The notes under the pieces were generated by a model that saw nothing but the letters and a program-made list of their open reading frames with translations, was not told the DNA's origin and ran no database searches. The translations under genes and the position numbers were made by a program. DNA of 64,000 nucleotides from Malacoraja senta (taxonomy: Eukaryota): NCBI GenBank assembly GCA_038087875.1, contig CM075985.1, forward strand, positions 40,486,001-40,550,000. Direction: 5' to 3'. Below, in pieces: positions 19,505 to 31,224 of this stretch (positions are counted from its first letter, which is position 1; every line of letters begins with the position of its first letter).

Positions 19505-20352
19505 ATAAGCCCATACCACACAAGCGCCGTCCTGTGTGGTGTGGCTGCCCAGCCTGCAGCTGTCCGTTTTCATTTTATTTTTATTTTTAGTTAGTTAGTT
19601 GGTTGTTTTGTTTTTTTAGGAGTTCTATTCTTTTTTATGTGGGGGGTGGGGGGGGGAGGGGGAAACTACTTTATAGGGTCCATACCTGGTCGGAGAGGCA
19701 GCTTTTCTCTGGGTTGCTCTTTCCACCTGTCCTCGCGGCCTACCAGCGGGCCTGGAGCGGCGTTTCCTGAGGGGACCGCCCAGACCCTCGGCTTCGGCGG
19801 CGGCTGGAGTGCTATCGCGGAGCGGAGCGGGCGATGCCTTGCCCGGGTCGCCGCGCTGGAACTCCGGTGAGCTGGGACCGCCGGTGAACATCGCGGAGCT
19901 GCGGGACTGTGGAGCGACCAGCTGCGGGCGGCGGCGCTGAACTTTACATCGGGAGCGTGGGATCTCGCGACGAGATCGCCAGTGGTGGAGCTCCATCGAG
20001 CGCGGTCTGTCGGCTTCGGAAGCCGCGGACTCCGGTAGGAAGACGGCCGTTCCAAGTGTCCCAAGCTGCTGAGAGGGTTCTCCCGACGCCGGAGCACCAT
20101 CACCCGGCGAAGAAGGGCCTGTAACATCGGCCCCGTAGCGGCGACTGTGGAGGCCAGACTATGGGTGGACAAGGGGATATGGACTGGACTTTGTGCCTTC
20201 CCCAACAGTGGGATCCATTGTGGGGGGATGTTTTTATGTTTTATATTAAATTTCTTTAATGTTGTGTCTATTTGTGCTGCATGGCAAGAACAAATTTCAC
20301 TACACCAGTTGGTGTATGTAACAATAAATGTCCTTTGTCCTTTGTCCTTGTC
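19505..20352 (+). mobile_element. GC/CpG-rich non-coding retroposon with a LINE-like 3' tail
   Basis: Poly-G head ggggaaact and CpG-rich body. Tail aatttcactacacc...aacaataaa(tgtcctt)n. Related pieces at ~49500-50030, 52620-52985 and 58905-58960. Confidence 0.5.
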
Positions 20353-20362
20353 CTTTGGTATA

Positions 20363-20895
20363 AGCCTGGGCGATCGTTTCACTGAACACCTTCACTCATT
20401 CCGCCTGGACCTACCTGATCTCCTTGTTCCCAAACACTTTAATTCCCCTTTCCAGTTCCACACTGACCTTTCTGCCCTGGGCCACCTCTATTGTCAGAGT
20501 GAGGCCAAACGCAAATTGGAGCAACAGCATCTCATATTTCACTTGGGCAGCTTTCAACCAGTGGTATGAATATTGTTATCTAACTTCGTAACCCCTGCAT
20601 TCCCTCTCTCCATCCCTCTACCACCCAAGTCGTACCAGCTTTGAAGTTGTCTTGTTTAGTCTCATTACCTGTGCTCGTTCTCACCTAACAAACAGCTAAC
20701 AATGGCCTGTTTTCTTTATCATCGTCACTTTTTTGCATATCTTTCATTGATTTGTCCTATATCTCTCTACATCACCGTCTATATCTCTCGTTTCCATTTC
20801 CCCAGTCTGAGGAAGGGTCTCGACTCGAAATGTCACCTTTCCTCCAGAGATGCTGTCTGACCCGGTGAGTTACTCCAGCTTTTTGTGTATATCTA
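20363..20895 (+). mobile_element. Penelope-like element 3' remnant (GIY-YIG C-terminus + pseudo-LTR)
   Basis: LGDRFTEHLHS...KHFNS...SEAKRKLEQQHLIFHLGS, followed by a ctgaggaagggtctcgactcgaaatgtc terminal motif. Confidence 0.8.
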
Positions 20896-21036
20896 CGGCA
20901 TAAGCTATAGCTTGCAAAAGGGTGGTTAATAAATGTTATGCAAATGCTGCAGTGGGATTAAACAATGTCGACAATTGATGCGTAACTGACAAGAAGCTAC
21001 GTTTTTTGTAAAATGACTCCTTTGTTCTAGAGGTGC

Positions 21037-23259
21037 ATAGAAACATAGACACATAGAAAACAGGTGCAGGAGGAGGCCATTCGGCCCTTCGAGCCTGCGC
21101 CGCCATTCAATATGATCATGGCTGATCATCCAACTCAGTATCCTGTACCTGCCTTCTCTCCATACCCCCTGATCCCTTTAGCCACAAGGGCCACATCTAA
21201 CTCCCTCTTAAATATAGCCAATGAACTGGCCTCAACTACCTTCTGTGGCAGAGAATTCCAGAGATTCACCACTCTCTGTGTGAAAAATGTTTTTCTCATC
21301 TCGGTCCTAAAGGATTCCCCCCTAATCCTTAAACTGTGACCCCTTGCTCTGGACTTCCCCAACATCGGGACCAATCTTCCTGCATCTAGCCTGTCCAACC
21401 CCTTAAGAATGTTGTAAGTTTCTATAAGATCCCCCCTCAATCTTCTAAATTCTAGCGAGTACAAGCCGAGTCTATCCAGTCTTTCTTCATATGAAAGTAC
21501 TGATATCCCAGGAATCAGACTGGTGAACCTTCTCTGTGCTCCCTCTATGGCAAGAATGTATTTCCTCAGATTTGGAGACCAAAACTGTACGCAATACTCC
21601 AGGTGTGGTCTCACCAAGACCCTGTACAACTGCAGTAGAACCTCCCTGCTCCTATACTCAAATCCTTTTGCTATGAATGCTAACATACCATTCGATTTCT
21701 TCACTGCCTGCTGCACCTGCATGCCTACTTTCAATGACTGGTGTACCATGACACCCAGGTCTCGTTGCATCTCCCCTTTTCCTAATCGGCCACCATTCAG
21801 ATAGCAGTCTACTTTCCCTGTTTTTGCCACCAAAATCGATAACCTCACATGTATCCACATTATACTGCATCTGCCGTGCATTTGCCCACTCACCCAACCT
21901 ATCCAAGTCACCTTGCAGCCTCCTAGCATGCTCCTCACAGCTAACACTGCCCCTCAGCTTCGTGTCATCCGCAAACTTGGAGATGTTGCATTCAACTCAC
22001 TCGTCCAAATCATTAATATATATTGTAAATAGCTGGGGTCCCAGCACTGAGCCTTGCGGCACCCCACTAGTCACTGCCATTCTGAAAAGGACCCGTTTAT
22101 CCTACTCTTTGCTTCCTGTCTGCCAGCCAGTTCTCTATCCAAATCAATACTGAACCCCCAATACCGTGTGCTTAAAGTTTGTATACTAATCTCTTATGTG
22201 GGACCTTGTTAACAGCCTTCTGAAAGTCCAGATATAACACATCCACTGGTTTTCCCTTATCCATTCTGCTTGTTACATCCTGGAAAAATTATATTAGATT
22301 CGTCAGACATGATTTACCTTTCATAAATCCATGCTGACTTTGACCGATGATTTCACCACTTTCCAAATGTGCTGCTATCCCATCTTTAATAACTGACTCT
22401 AGCAGTTTCCCCACTACCGATGTTAAACTAACTGGTTTGTAATTCCCTGATTTCTCTCTCCCTCCATTTTTAAAAAGTGGGGTTACATTAGGTACCCTCC
22501 AATCCTCAGGAACTACTCCAGAATCTAAAGAGTTTTGAAAAATTATCACTAATGCATCCAGTATTTCTGGGGCTATTTCCTTAAGTACTCTGGGATGCAG
22601 CCTATCTGGCCCTGGGGATTTATCGGCCTTTAATCCATTCAATTTACCTAACACCACTTCCCGGCTAACCTGGGTTTCACTCAGTTCCTCCATATCATTT
22701 GATTCCTGGTCCCCTGCTATTTCCGGCAGATTATTTATGTCTTCCTTAGTGAAGACAGAACCAAAGTAGTTATTGAATTGGTCTGCCGTGTCCTTGTTCC
22801 CCATGATCAATTCACCTGTTCTGACTGCAAGGGACCTACATTTGTTTTAACTAATCTTTTTCTCTTCACATATCTATAAAAACGTTTGCAGTCAGTTTTT
22901 TATATTCCCTGCCAGTTTTCATTCATAATCTATTTTCCCTTTCCTAATTAAGCCCTTTGTCCTCCTCTGATGGGCTCTGAATTTCTCCCAGTCCTCTGGC
23001 AGGCTGCTTTTTCTGGCTAATTTGTATGCTTCATCTTTTGTTTTGATACTATCCCTGATTTCCCTTGTTATCCACGGATGCACTACATATCCTGATTTAT
23101 TCTTTTGCCAAACTGGGATGAACAATTGTTGTAGTTCATCCATGAAGCCTTTAAATGCCTTCCATTGCATATCCACCGTCAAACCTTTAAGAATCAATTG
23201 CCAGTCTATCTTGGCCAATTCACGTCTCATACCCTCACAGTTATCTTTCTTTAAGTTCA
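21037..23259 (-). mobile_element. 5'-truncated CR1 (lineage A) with internal deletions
   Basis: Minus-strand ORFs 21135-21947, 22289-22810 and 22919-23260 are near-identical to ORF2 of 14203-19137. (ctatgttt)n-type tail at 21037. Confidence 0.95.
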
Positions 23260-23464
23260 TAACAATGTTGTAGCTACCCCTGTAGCATATGGTGCCCTCT
23301 TCAGGTCAAAGTTACAGTAATCTGGAGGTTGCTGTCCACAGATATTTTATTACAAATTTGGAACAAAACAAAACAGATGCTAGGTCTCATCCCGGAATGT
23401 CAATAATTTCTTCCCCCACAGACGCTGCTCGACCGCTGAGTTCCCCAAGCAGTTTGTTTTTGTT

Positions 23465-23810
23465 CCAGATTATGAGAGACATAGATAGGGTAGACAGTCA
23501 CAACCATTTTCCCATGTTGGAAATGCCCAACTTTAGAGGCCAGAGCTATAACGTGAAAGGGGGAAGGTTTAATGGAGAAGTGGAGGGCATGTTTCTTTAT
23601 ACAGTGTGGGAGCCTGGAACGCACTGTATGGGTGGTGGTGGTAGTGCAGATATTATAGTAGGATTTAAGAGGCTTTCAGATAGGCACATGGAAGTGCGGG
23701 GAATAGAGGGATATGGATCATGTGCAGGCAGAAAAGATCAGTTTAAATTTGTATCACGGTTGGCACAAACATTGTGGGCCAAAGGGCCATTTTTGTCCTA
23801 TTCTAAATTT
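23465..23810 (+). mobile_element. Decayed CR1 3' fragment
   Basis: IMRDIDRVDSHNHFP...RGQSYNVKGGRF resembles the CR1 C-terminus. Confidence 0.7.
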
Positions 23811-23822
23811 AATTTCATTTTG

Positions 23823-24127
23823 TTTAGTTTTAGAGATACAGCGCTGAATCAGGCCCTTCATCCTACTGAGTCCGCGCCGACCAGAGATCACCATACACCA
23901 GCACCATCCTATACACAAGAGACAATTTACCATTGTTTTTACCGAAGGACAATAACTTACTAACCTGTATGTCTTTCGAGTGTGGGAGGAAATCAGAGCT
24001 CCCGGAGATTACGGGGAGAGCGTACAAACTCCTTACTGACAGCACCCATTGTCAGGATCGAACCCGGGTACGTACAAACTCCTTACTGACAGCACCCATT
24101 GTCAGGATCGAACCCGGGTCTCTGGCT
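23823..24127 (-). mobile_element. HE1/V-SINE-like SINE with an internal 49-bp duplication
   Basis: tttagttttagagatacagcg tail. Perfect direct repeat at 24021-24069 and 24071-24119. Confidence 0.8.
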
Positions 24128-24399
24128 CCTAAATATGTGGACGGACATTGGACTTTGGACTTTTTCTTTTTCATTTGTAAACACTGCCATATTATGGTGA
24201 CAGGGTGCAAGAATTTCACTGGGCAGTGCATAACCATTGAAACATTGAAGTCAGAATCAATAGTGCAGATGTGCGAGTGCTGAAGTGGGAATGGTGAAGA
24301 ACTTCAAATTCCTCGGCATGAATTAATTGTTGCATTTTAGTCACTGGAGCAGAACTTTGAAAATAATGGACGTTTAACAATCCAACTGCAGCACTGATT

Positions 24400-24860
24400 A
24401 GAAACATAGAAAGCAGGTGCAGGAGTAGGCCATTCGGCCCTTCAAGCCAGCACCTCCATTCAATATGATCATGGATGTGCATCCAGAAACAGTACCCTGT
24501 TCCTGCATTCTCCCCATATCCCTTGACTCTGTTAGCCCTCAGATCTAACTCTCTCTTGAAAACATCCAGTGAATTGGCCTCACCTGCGTTCTGTGGCAGA
24601 GAATTCCACAGATTCACAACTATCTGGGTGAAAAGGTTTTTCCTCATCTCACTCCTAAATTGCCTACCCTTTATTTGTAAACTATGACCACTGGTTCTGG
24701 ACTCCCCCGACATCGGGAACATTTTCTTGCATCTAGCCTGTCCAATCCCTTAAACATTTTATATGCTTCTATAAGATCTCCTCTCATCCTAAATTCCAGT
24801 GAATATAAGCCCAGTCAGTCCATTCTTTCATCATAAGTCAGTCCCGCCATGCCAGGAAAT
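24400..24860 (-). mobile_element. CR1 3' fragment
   Basis: MFPMSGESRTSGHSLQIKG...VVNLWNSLPQ on the minus strand. Confidence 0.85.
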
Positions 24861-26199
24861 TAAATCTCTTACTTTTATATGAACAATATCCTTGATTTTA
24901 TTGCTTTAGAAAAAAAAATCTGTTCCAGTCCCATCACAGAGATTTTTGCTGTATAATTGTTTGGCTCCTTTCTGCCTTCAATCAATTGAAAGCTTGAGTG
25001 GTAAAGAAGCCACTATTCACAGCATTGAGTATAAGAGTCAGGAAGTCACTTGCTGCTTTATGGAACTTCAAAGATAGACACAAAAAGCTGGAGCAACTCA
25101 GCGGGACAGGCAGCATCTCTGGGTAGAAGGAATGGGCGACTTTTCGGGTTGTGGCCCTTCAGACTCAAGAGGAAAGGGAGACACGGAGATAAGGAAGTGT
25201 AAGGTATGAAAGCATGACATCAAAGGAGATTTAGTTCAAGGAAAATGTAGAATAGATCATGTGTTAGCTAGGAGAAGGTGGAACAAGGCATGCTGAGATA
25301 AATTTTAATCATGAGGACAGTCAGACTGGTCGGAGAACTAGAAATTCAGATAGGCCACTTTTAGAATATTGTGTGCATTTCTGATTGCCCCAAATGCAGG
25401 ATGAATTTGGAAGCATGGAATTGGTGCAGAGTTGGTTTGCCAGAATGATGCACACATTAGATATTAGCTTGAAGGAGAGGTTGGACAGACTGGGATTGTA
25501 ATCTCTAGAATGCCAGATGTTGATCAAAGTATAAAAATATGAGAGGCATATATTGGATAGTCAGAATCTTTTCCACAGGGTGGAAATATAAAGCAATGGA
25601 GGGCATAACTTTCAGGTGAGTGGGACATGGTGTAAATGGCCATGTATTAATAGAAGGCTTAATGAGAGATTTCTGCGCTGATGTTGAGACTGCGCTGCAC
25701 TTTTACACCTAGACACAACTTTAAACTGAGCTCATGTCTCTCCTCCCAGCTGGAAAAAAAAGATGCATGGTACTGCTTCAAATAAGGGCTGGGAAATTCT
25801 TACACGTGCGTTGAACAATTGTTATTTCTTAAGCAATACCTGTAAAGTGGATTAAAGACAGGCACAAAGAGCTGGTGTAACTCAGCCGGTCAGACAGCAC
25901 TTCTGGGGAAAAGGAAAAAGTGACGATTTGTGTCGAGACCCTTCCCGAAATGTCACCTATTCCTTTTCCCCAGAGATGCTGCCTGACATGTTGATTATCC
26001 CCAGCTTTTTGCATCTGCCTACAGTAAAAACGAGCATCTGCAGTTCCTTCCTACACAGTAAAGTTGACTTTCTGGTTGATCTAAAACTGCTGTTTGTGGA
26101 ATTGGCTGCATTCTGAATTGTAAAATAGTTATACTTTGAGAAACATCTATTCGGCTGTAAAATGCTATGTGAATTGTGATTTTGTAATTGTTGTCCTAA

Positions 26200-26431
26200 A
26201 AACACCAATATAATCCCTGCCATAAAACCCGATTCTTAAACTGTATTCACTGGTAAATAATGTCAAGAACAAGTGGTCTCATTCCCATTGGATCTGGTTA
26301 TCGGGTTTGTGTACATATGGACCAATAATTAGCTTCGCAGCAGAGTTCTGTTAAACAAAAGTTCAAGAGATTATGTTACTGTTGCTGTATTTACTCTGCT
26401 GGTTAAATAGCGCGGTGGGCAGCTGTAAAAC
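26200..26431 (+). promoter_or_regulatory. Candidate proximal promoter of the MHC class I-like locus
   Basis: Unique sequence with CCAAT at 26205-26209, ATTGG (Y-box orientation) at 26287-26291, CCAAT at 26322-26326 and TTAAAT at 26403-26408, directly upstream of the leader exon. Short motifs only. Confidence 0.3.
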
Positions 26432-26483
26432 ATGCGTCTTTTTACCTTACTGAACACTTACGGTGTTGCCACCGTCTCCTCAG
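26432..26483 (+). pseudogene. MHC I-like exon 1 (leader), MRLFTLLNTYGVATVSS
   Basis: 52-bp ATG-initiated exon with a consensus donor CAG|GTAAGC. Its phase-1 G joins alpha1 to give D-L-H-H-L. Confidence 0.6.
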
Positions 26484-26781
26484 GTAAGCAATGCTGCTTC
26501 TACTTGTGAACTTTGAGGAAACAACAAAACGGATTCTATTTCTGTTGCGCAGTCCCTGTGTTTGTCCTGGATTCATTGTCTTGGATGTATTAATTTAATG
26601 ACTGAATTGAATGTATTAATAATTTTGGGTAACGGTGATTTTTGTGTTCTGAAGGCTCCTGTGAGAAGTTATATATACTATGGTTACCTTGGCAATCCAT
26701 TGAAGAGAAGAAATGAATACAGGTAAATAATGAACATAGAGCATATGACAATACAGCACAGGAGCAGGTTCTTCAGTCCTT

Positions 26782-26815
26782 CAGTCTGAAGAAGGATCTC
26801 GACCCGAAACGTCGC
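26782..26815 (+). ncRNA. Minimal hammerhead ribozyme-like core in a Penelope-derived repeat (representative copy)
   Basis: CUGAAGA-A-GGAUCUCGACCC-GAAA-CGUC. The window consensus has stem II GGGU/ACCC. Stem I is weak and activity is unproven. Confidence 0.4.
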
Positions 26816-29034
26816 CTAATATATGTGCCGAACAAAATAAACTAATCTCCTCTACCTGTATGTGATCTGTATCCGGCAATTCCATGCCTATGTATGTACC
26901 TATCTAAAAACCTCTGATATGTAACTGTCGCATCTGCCACCACCACCACCACCACCACTGGCAGTCCATTACAGGTGTCGACCACCCTCCACCTAAAACA
27001 ACTTTCCCCGCTCATCTCCTTTGAACATTGCTTCTCCTACCTTAAAGTGAAGTTCTCTGGTCTTCGACATTTCCACCCTGGTAAATAGGTTCTGGCTGCC
27101 CACTCTGCTATGCCTCTCACCGTGTTATGCACTTTCATCAGTTCTCCCTTCAACCTCCAGTATACAAGCGAAAACAATCTATGTTTGTCCAATCTGTCCT
27201 TGCACTAATACCTCAGATAGAATTCAGGTAAATCGGTGATGTACACTTTCAATAAAGAAGAGACTTCTGCATTAGTAGATGTCCCACCTCTCCAAGATTT
27301 CCTCAGCTGGTGTTAGACACCCTCATGATGGTACAATTCAGCCTCCATTAAATGACCAATCAATGTTCATTTAATATTGTTGTTGTCTTGATTTGTTTGT
27401 TGCATCCTTCCGCTCCTGCCGACCCTATCCATTTCCCCACCACCACTTCCTCAGAAGACGATAATGACATTTAAGACGTTTGAGGATAGGGACGTGGATA
27501 TGCAGGGAATTGAGGGGTATGAATCATGTACAAGCATGAAGTGTTTTGTTTAATTTGACATCATGATCGGCACAGACATTGCGGCTGAACTCCAGCCCAT
27601 TGCACCCTTAATGAACAAATATCTATCAATCTGAATCTGGAAATTTTCAAGTGGGCAAGATGTTCAACAGATTACAGAATCGAGAATCAGAGGGCATAGG
27701 TTTAAATTGAGGGGGTAAAAATGTAATGGGAATCTGATGGGCAATTTCTTCCCACACAATGCTTCCTTTCTACTATTATGACAATCGTCAAGGCTTGGAG
27801 ATTACAAACCTGTAATCGGATGCTCGTCCTGAAAGTTTAATCCCATTGTTATCAGATGAAGTAAACATAATGGTGATTCCCCAGTTGAAATAATAACATA
27901 TAAAATAATAATCCTTGGCTGTGGAGTGTTTTGGGAAGTCACATGGATTTTATCATTACTGTATTCCACTCTTAGCCGTCTTATATTTCTCCTCGTAACA
28001 CTGAAACAGACACTTCTAACTCTGCCCTCGGGGCCCCTTCTCACTTCACTTAAACACATGAACTTGGACACTGTCTGGTGTGCTGCATGTAATCTTTATT
28101 ACAGAACAAATATTGCTTGTTCATGTGGAAACAAGAAACTGCACATGCTGGTTAATAGGCATAAAATGCTGGAGTAATTCAGCAGATCAGGCCATATGTC
28201 TGGAGATCATGGATAGGTGATTGTTTCAGTTGAGACAACAAGTGCAGGAAGGAAATGCAGATGTGTATGAAGGAACTGCAGAAGCTGATTTAAACCGAAG
28301 TAAGACAATGAAGCTGGAGTAACTCAGCGGCACAGGCAGCATCCCTAGAGAGAAGGAATGGGTGACGTTTCGGGTCGAGACCTTTCTTCTGACTGCTGAT
28401 GCAGATGCTGGTTTACACCGAAGATAGATACAAAAGGCTGGAGTAACTCAGCAAGTCAGGCAGCATCGCTGGAGAAAAGGAATAGGTGGAGTTTCAGGTC
28501 AAGACACTGCATCAGACAGAGTCGGGGGTGCATATATTTAATTGTACTTTTCCATATCTCTCGGTTCCCTGTCCCCTGACTCTCAGTCTGAATAAGGGTC
28601 TCCGGGAGATGCTGCCTGACCCACTGAGTTACTCCAGTATTTTGTGTCGAGTTTCAGTTTAGGCCCTGTTTATTACCGTCTCCTCCCCCCATCTCTATGA
28701 GCTGTGTTACAGCTCATAGAGATGCTGCGTATGAGGACCTGGACTCAATCCTGACCTCTTACAACCCGGCGTTTTTTTTTAATTTTTCCCCTGCAAACAT
28801 GTGTGTTTCCTATGGTTATTCCAGTTTTCCCCCACGTCCCAAAAATGCCGGGCTGAAAGGTAAGTTGGCCAGTGTGAATTGATCATGCATATGTATTAGA
28901 ATTGGTGGAGGGGTTGAGGGAGGTGTTAATGGCATAGTGGAAAATATTAAATGGGTCAGCGTACCACAAGTATGAATAGGTGTTTGATGGTTACCACGAA
29001 CTTGGTGGGCTAAAAGGCTTTTTATGTGCCGTAC

Positions 29035-29410
29035 CCAGAGGACATAAGTTTAAGATGAAGGGGGAATGATTTAATAGGAACCTGAGGCGTAGCTTTGTTA
29101 CACAAAGGGTGGTGGATGTACTGAATGAACTGCCGGAGAAGGTATTTCAGGCAGGTACTATCGCAACATTTAAGAAACATTTAAACAGGTACATGGATAG
29201 GATAGGCTTATAAGGATGTGGGCCTCAGTCAGCTGTAGAGCCCACGTCAATGGATATTTCTCAGGTGGAGATTAACTGATTATTGATCAGTACGGGTTTA
29301 AAGGGTTATGGGGTGCAGGCAGGAGAATGTGGTTGAGAGGGAGAGATAGAGCAGCCATGATTGATTGGCCGATGGGCTGAATGGCCTAATAATTCTCCTA
29401 GAACTTATGT
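29035..29410 (+). mobile_element. Decayed CR1 3' fragment
   Basis: agaggacataagtttaag...gtggtggatgtactgaatgaactgccgg CR1 C-terminal/UTR similarity. Confidence 0.7.
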
Positions 29411-29720
29411 ACTGATGAAGTACTTGCACTGTAGATGGGGCATGTTGGTCGGCGTGGCAAGTTGAGCCGTAGGCCCAGATTCCCATAGACTCTTTGACTT
29501 TACCTCTCTATGATTCTAGAAAGTCTCCTTGACATTGTCCATTTTCTTAATATAATAAAATATTCTTCAAATGTTGGAATATTGTAACTAGTAGAACCTA
29601 TCGACACGATGGACAATAATAGATCTTTGAAGATGGGAAGCAATCCAATCGGATCATTCAATACCTCGACCACAATTGGTGGAGTCGGTATCAGAGCCGA
29701 TCTTGCCAACTCTTGAAGAA

Positions 29721-30042
29721 GGCTCAGTGGTACAGCGGTAGACTTGCTCCCTTATCTCGATTACAGCACCATAGACCCAGGTTGGATCCTGACTACGGGT
29801 GCTGTCTGTACGGAGTTTGTCCATTCACCCCATGACCGTGTGGGTTTTTCCCGAGATCTTCGGATTCTTCCCACTTTCCAAAGACGTACAGGTTTGTAGG
29901 TTAATTGTCTTGGCGTATAATGTAAATTGTCCCCAGTGTGTGTAGGATGGGGTTATTGTGTGGGGGGTTGCTGGTCAGTGTGGACTCAGTGGGCCGAAGG
30001 GCCTGTTTCCATGGTGTATCTCTAAGCTAAAACTAAACTAAA
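29721..30042 (+). mobile_element. HE1/V-SINE-like SINE
   Basis: ggctcagtggtacagcggtag head, ggttggatcct B-box-like motif, central domain, (ctaaa)n tail. Confidence 0.8.
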
Positions 30043-30192
30043 GACTCCTGACCCAAATTGCCACCTGATCATTGATGCTGCCTGCCCCACTGAGTTCCTC
30101 CAGCACTTGCATCTACAGGTCCTTTTGACTCCATTATACAAAGTTGTTGTATTGTTATCAGTTTCAGCATTAATAACTTTGAGTTAATTACA

Positions 30193-30836
30193 GTGATAGC
30201 ATTCATAGCAAAAGGATTTGAGTATAGGAGCAGGGGGGTTCTACTGCAGTTGTATAGGGTCTTGGTGAGACCACATCTAGAGTATTGCGTACAGTTTTGG
30301 TCCCCAAATCTGAGGAAAGACATTCTTGCCATAGAGAGAGTACAGAGAAGGTGTACCAGACAGATTCCTGGGATGTCAGGACTTTCATATGAAGAAAGAC
30401 TGGATAGACTCGGCTTGTGCTCGCTAGAATTGAGAAGATTGAAAGTATAGAAACTTACAGAATTCTTAAGGGATTGTACAGGCTAGATGCAGGAAGATTG
30501 TTCCCGATGTTGGGGAAGTACAGAACAAAGGGTCACAGTTTTAGAATAAGGGGAAAATCTTTTAGGACCGAGATGAGAAAAACATATTTCACACAGAGAG
30601 TGGTGAATCTCTGGAATTCTCTGGCACAGAAGGTAGTTGAGGCCAGTTCATTGGCTATATTTAAGAGGGAGTTAGATGTGGCCCTTGTGGCTAAAGGGAT
30701 CAGGGGGTATGGAGAGTAGGCAAGTACAGGATACTGAGTTGGATGATCAGCCATGATCATATTGAATGGCGGTACAGGCTCGAAGGGCCGAATTGCCTAC
30801 TCCTGCACCTATTTTCTATGTTTCTATATTTCTATG
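30193..30836 (+). mobile_element. CR1 3' fragment (lineage A) in MHC I-like intron 1
   Basis: AFIAKGFEYRSR...RPHLEYCVQFWSP to the (tttctatg)n tail. Confidence 0.92.
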
Positions 30837-30871
30837 ATACAATCATACTTATTTTTGTTTATGCATTGCAG

Positions 30872-31132
30872 ATTTACACCATCTTGCATTTAACTACCTG
30901 TTGAACCATGGGTTGAGTGAGCTGCCTGAGTACAGTATGGTAACAATGCTGGATGATCTCCAGATAGTATATTTTGACAGCACACTAGAGCGGGCTGTTC
31001 CCAGACAGCGATGGATGGCCCAGTCTTTCCGGCAGGATCACTGGGATTCAATGGCCATCACAGTTGCAGGTTTTCATGGGATTGTCAGAGGAAATGCTGA
31101 GATAGTTTACCAACAGCAACATGGTATCTCGA
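30872..31132 (+). pseudogene. MHC I-like exon 2 (alpha1), reading frame intact; donor at 31124 or 31133
   Basis: Acceptor tgcattgcag ends at 30871. DLHHLAFNY...LPEYSMVTMLDDLQIVYFDS...AVPRQRWM...HWD matches the class I alpha1 pattern. Confidence 0.85.
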
Positions 31133-31224
31133 GTAATTATCCTGACCGGACCTGGGGTAGATACCCAGTGATGGCACAGATGGATTTTGTTTTCGTTTTC
31201 TTGCTGTCACATGTGCTGGAGTAC

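Noticed and set aside
19625-20382. Several overlapping 70-240 aa ORFs on both strands
   Set aside because: Expected in GC-rich, stop-poor repeat DNA; no recognisable domain.
27926-28177. Hydrophobic 83-aa ORF in class I intron 1
   Set aside because: Non-ATG start, no family resemblance, and it ends in a Penelope-derived repeat.
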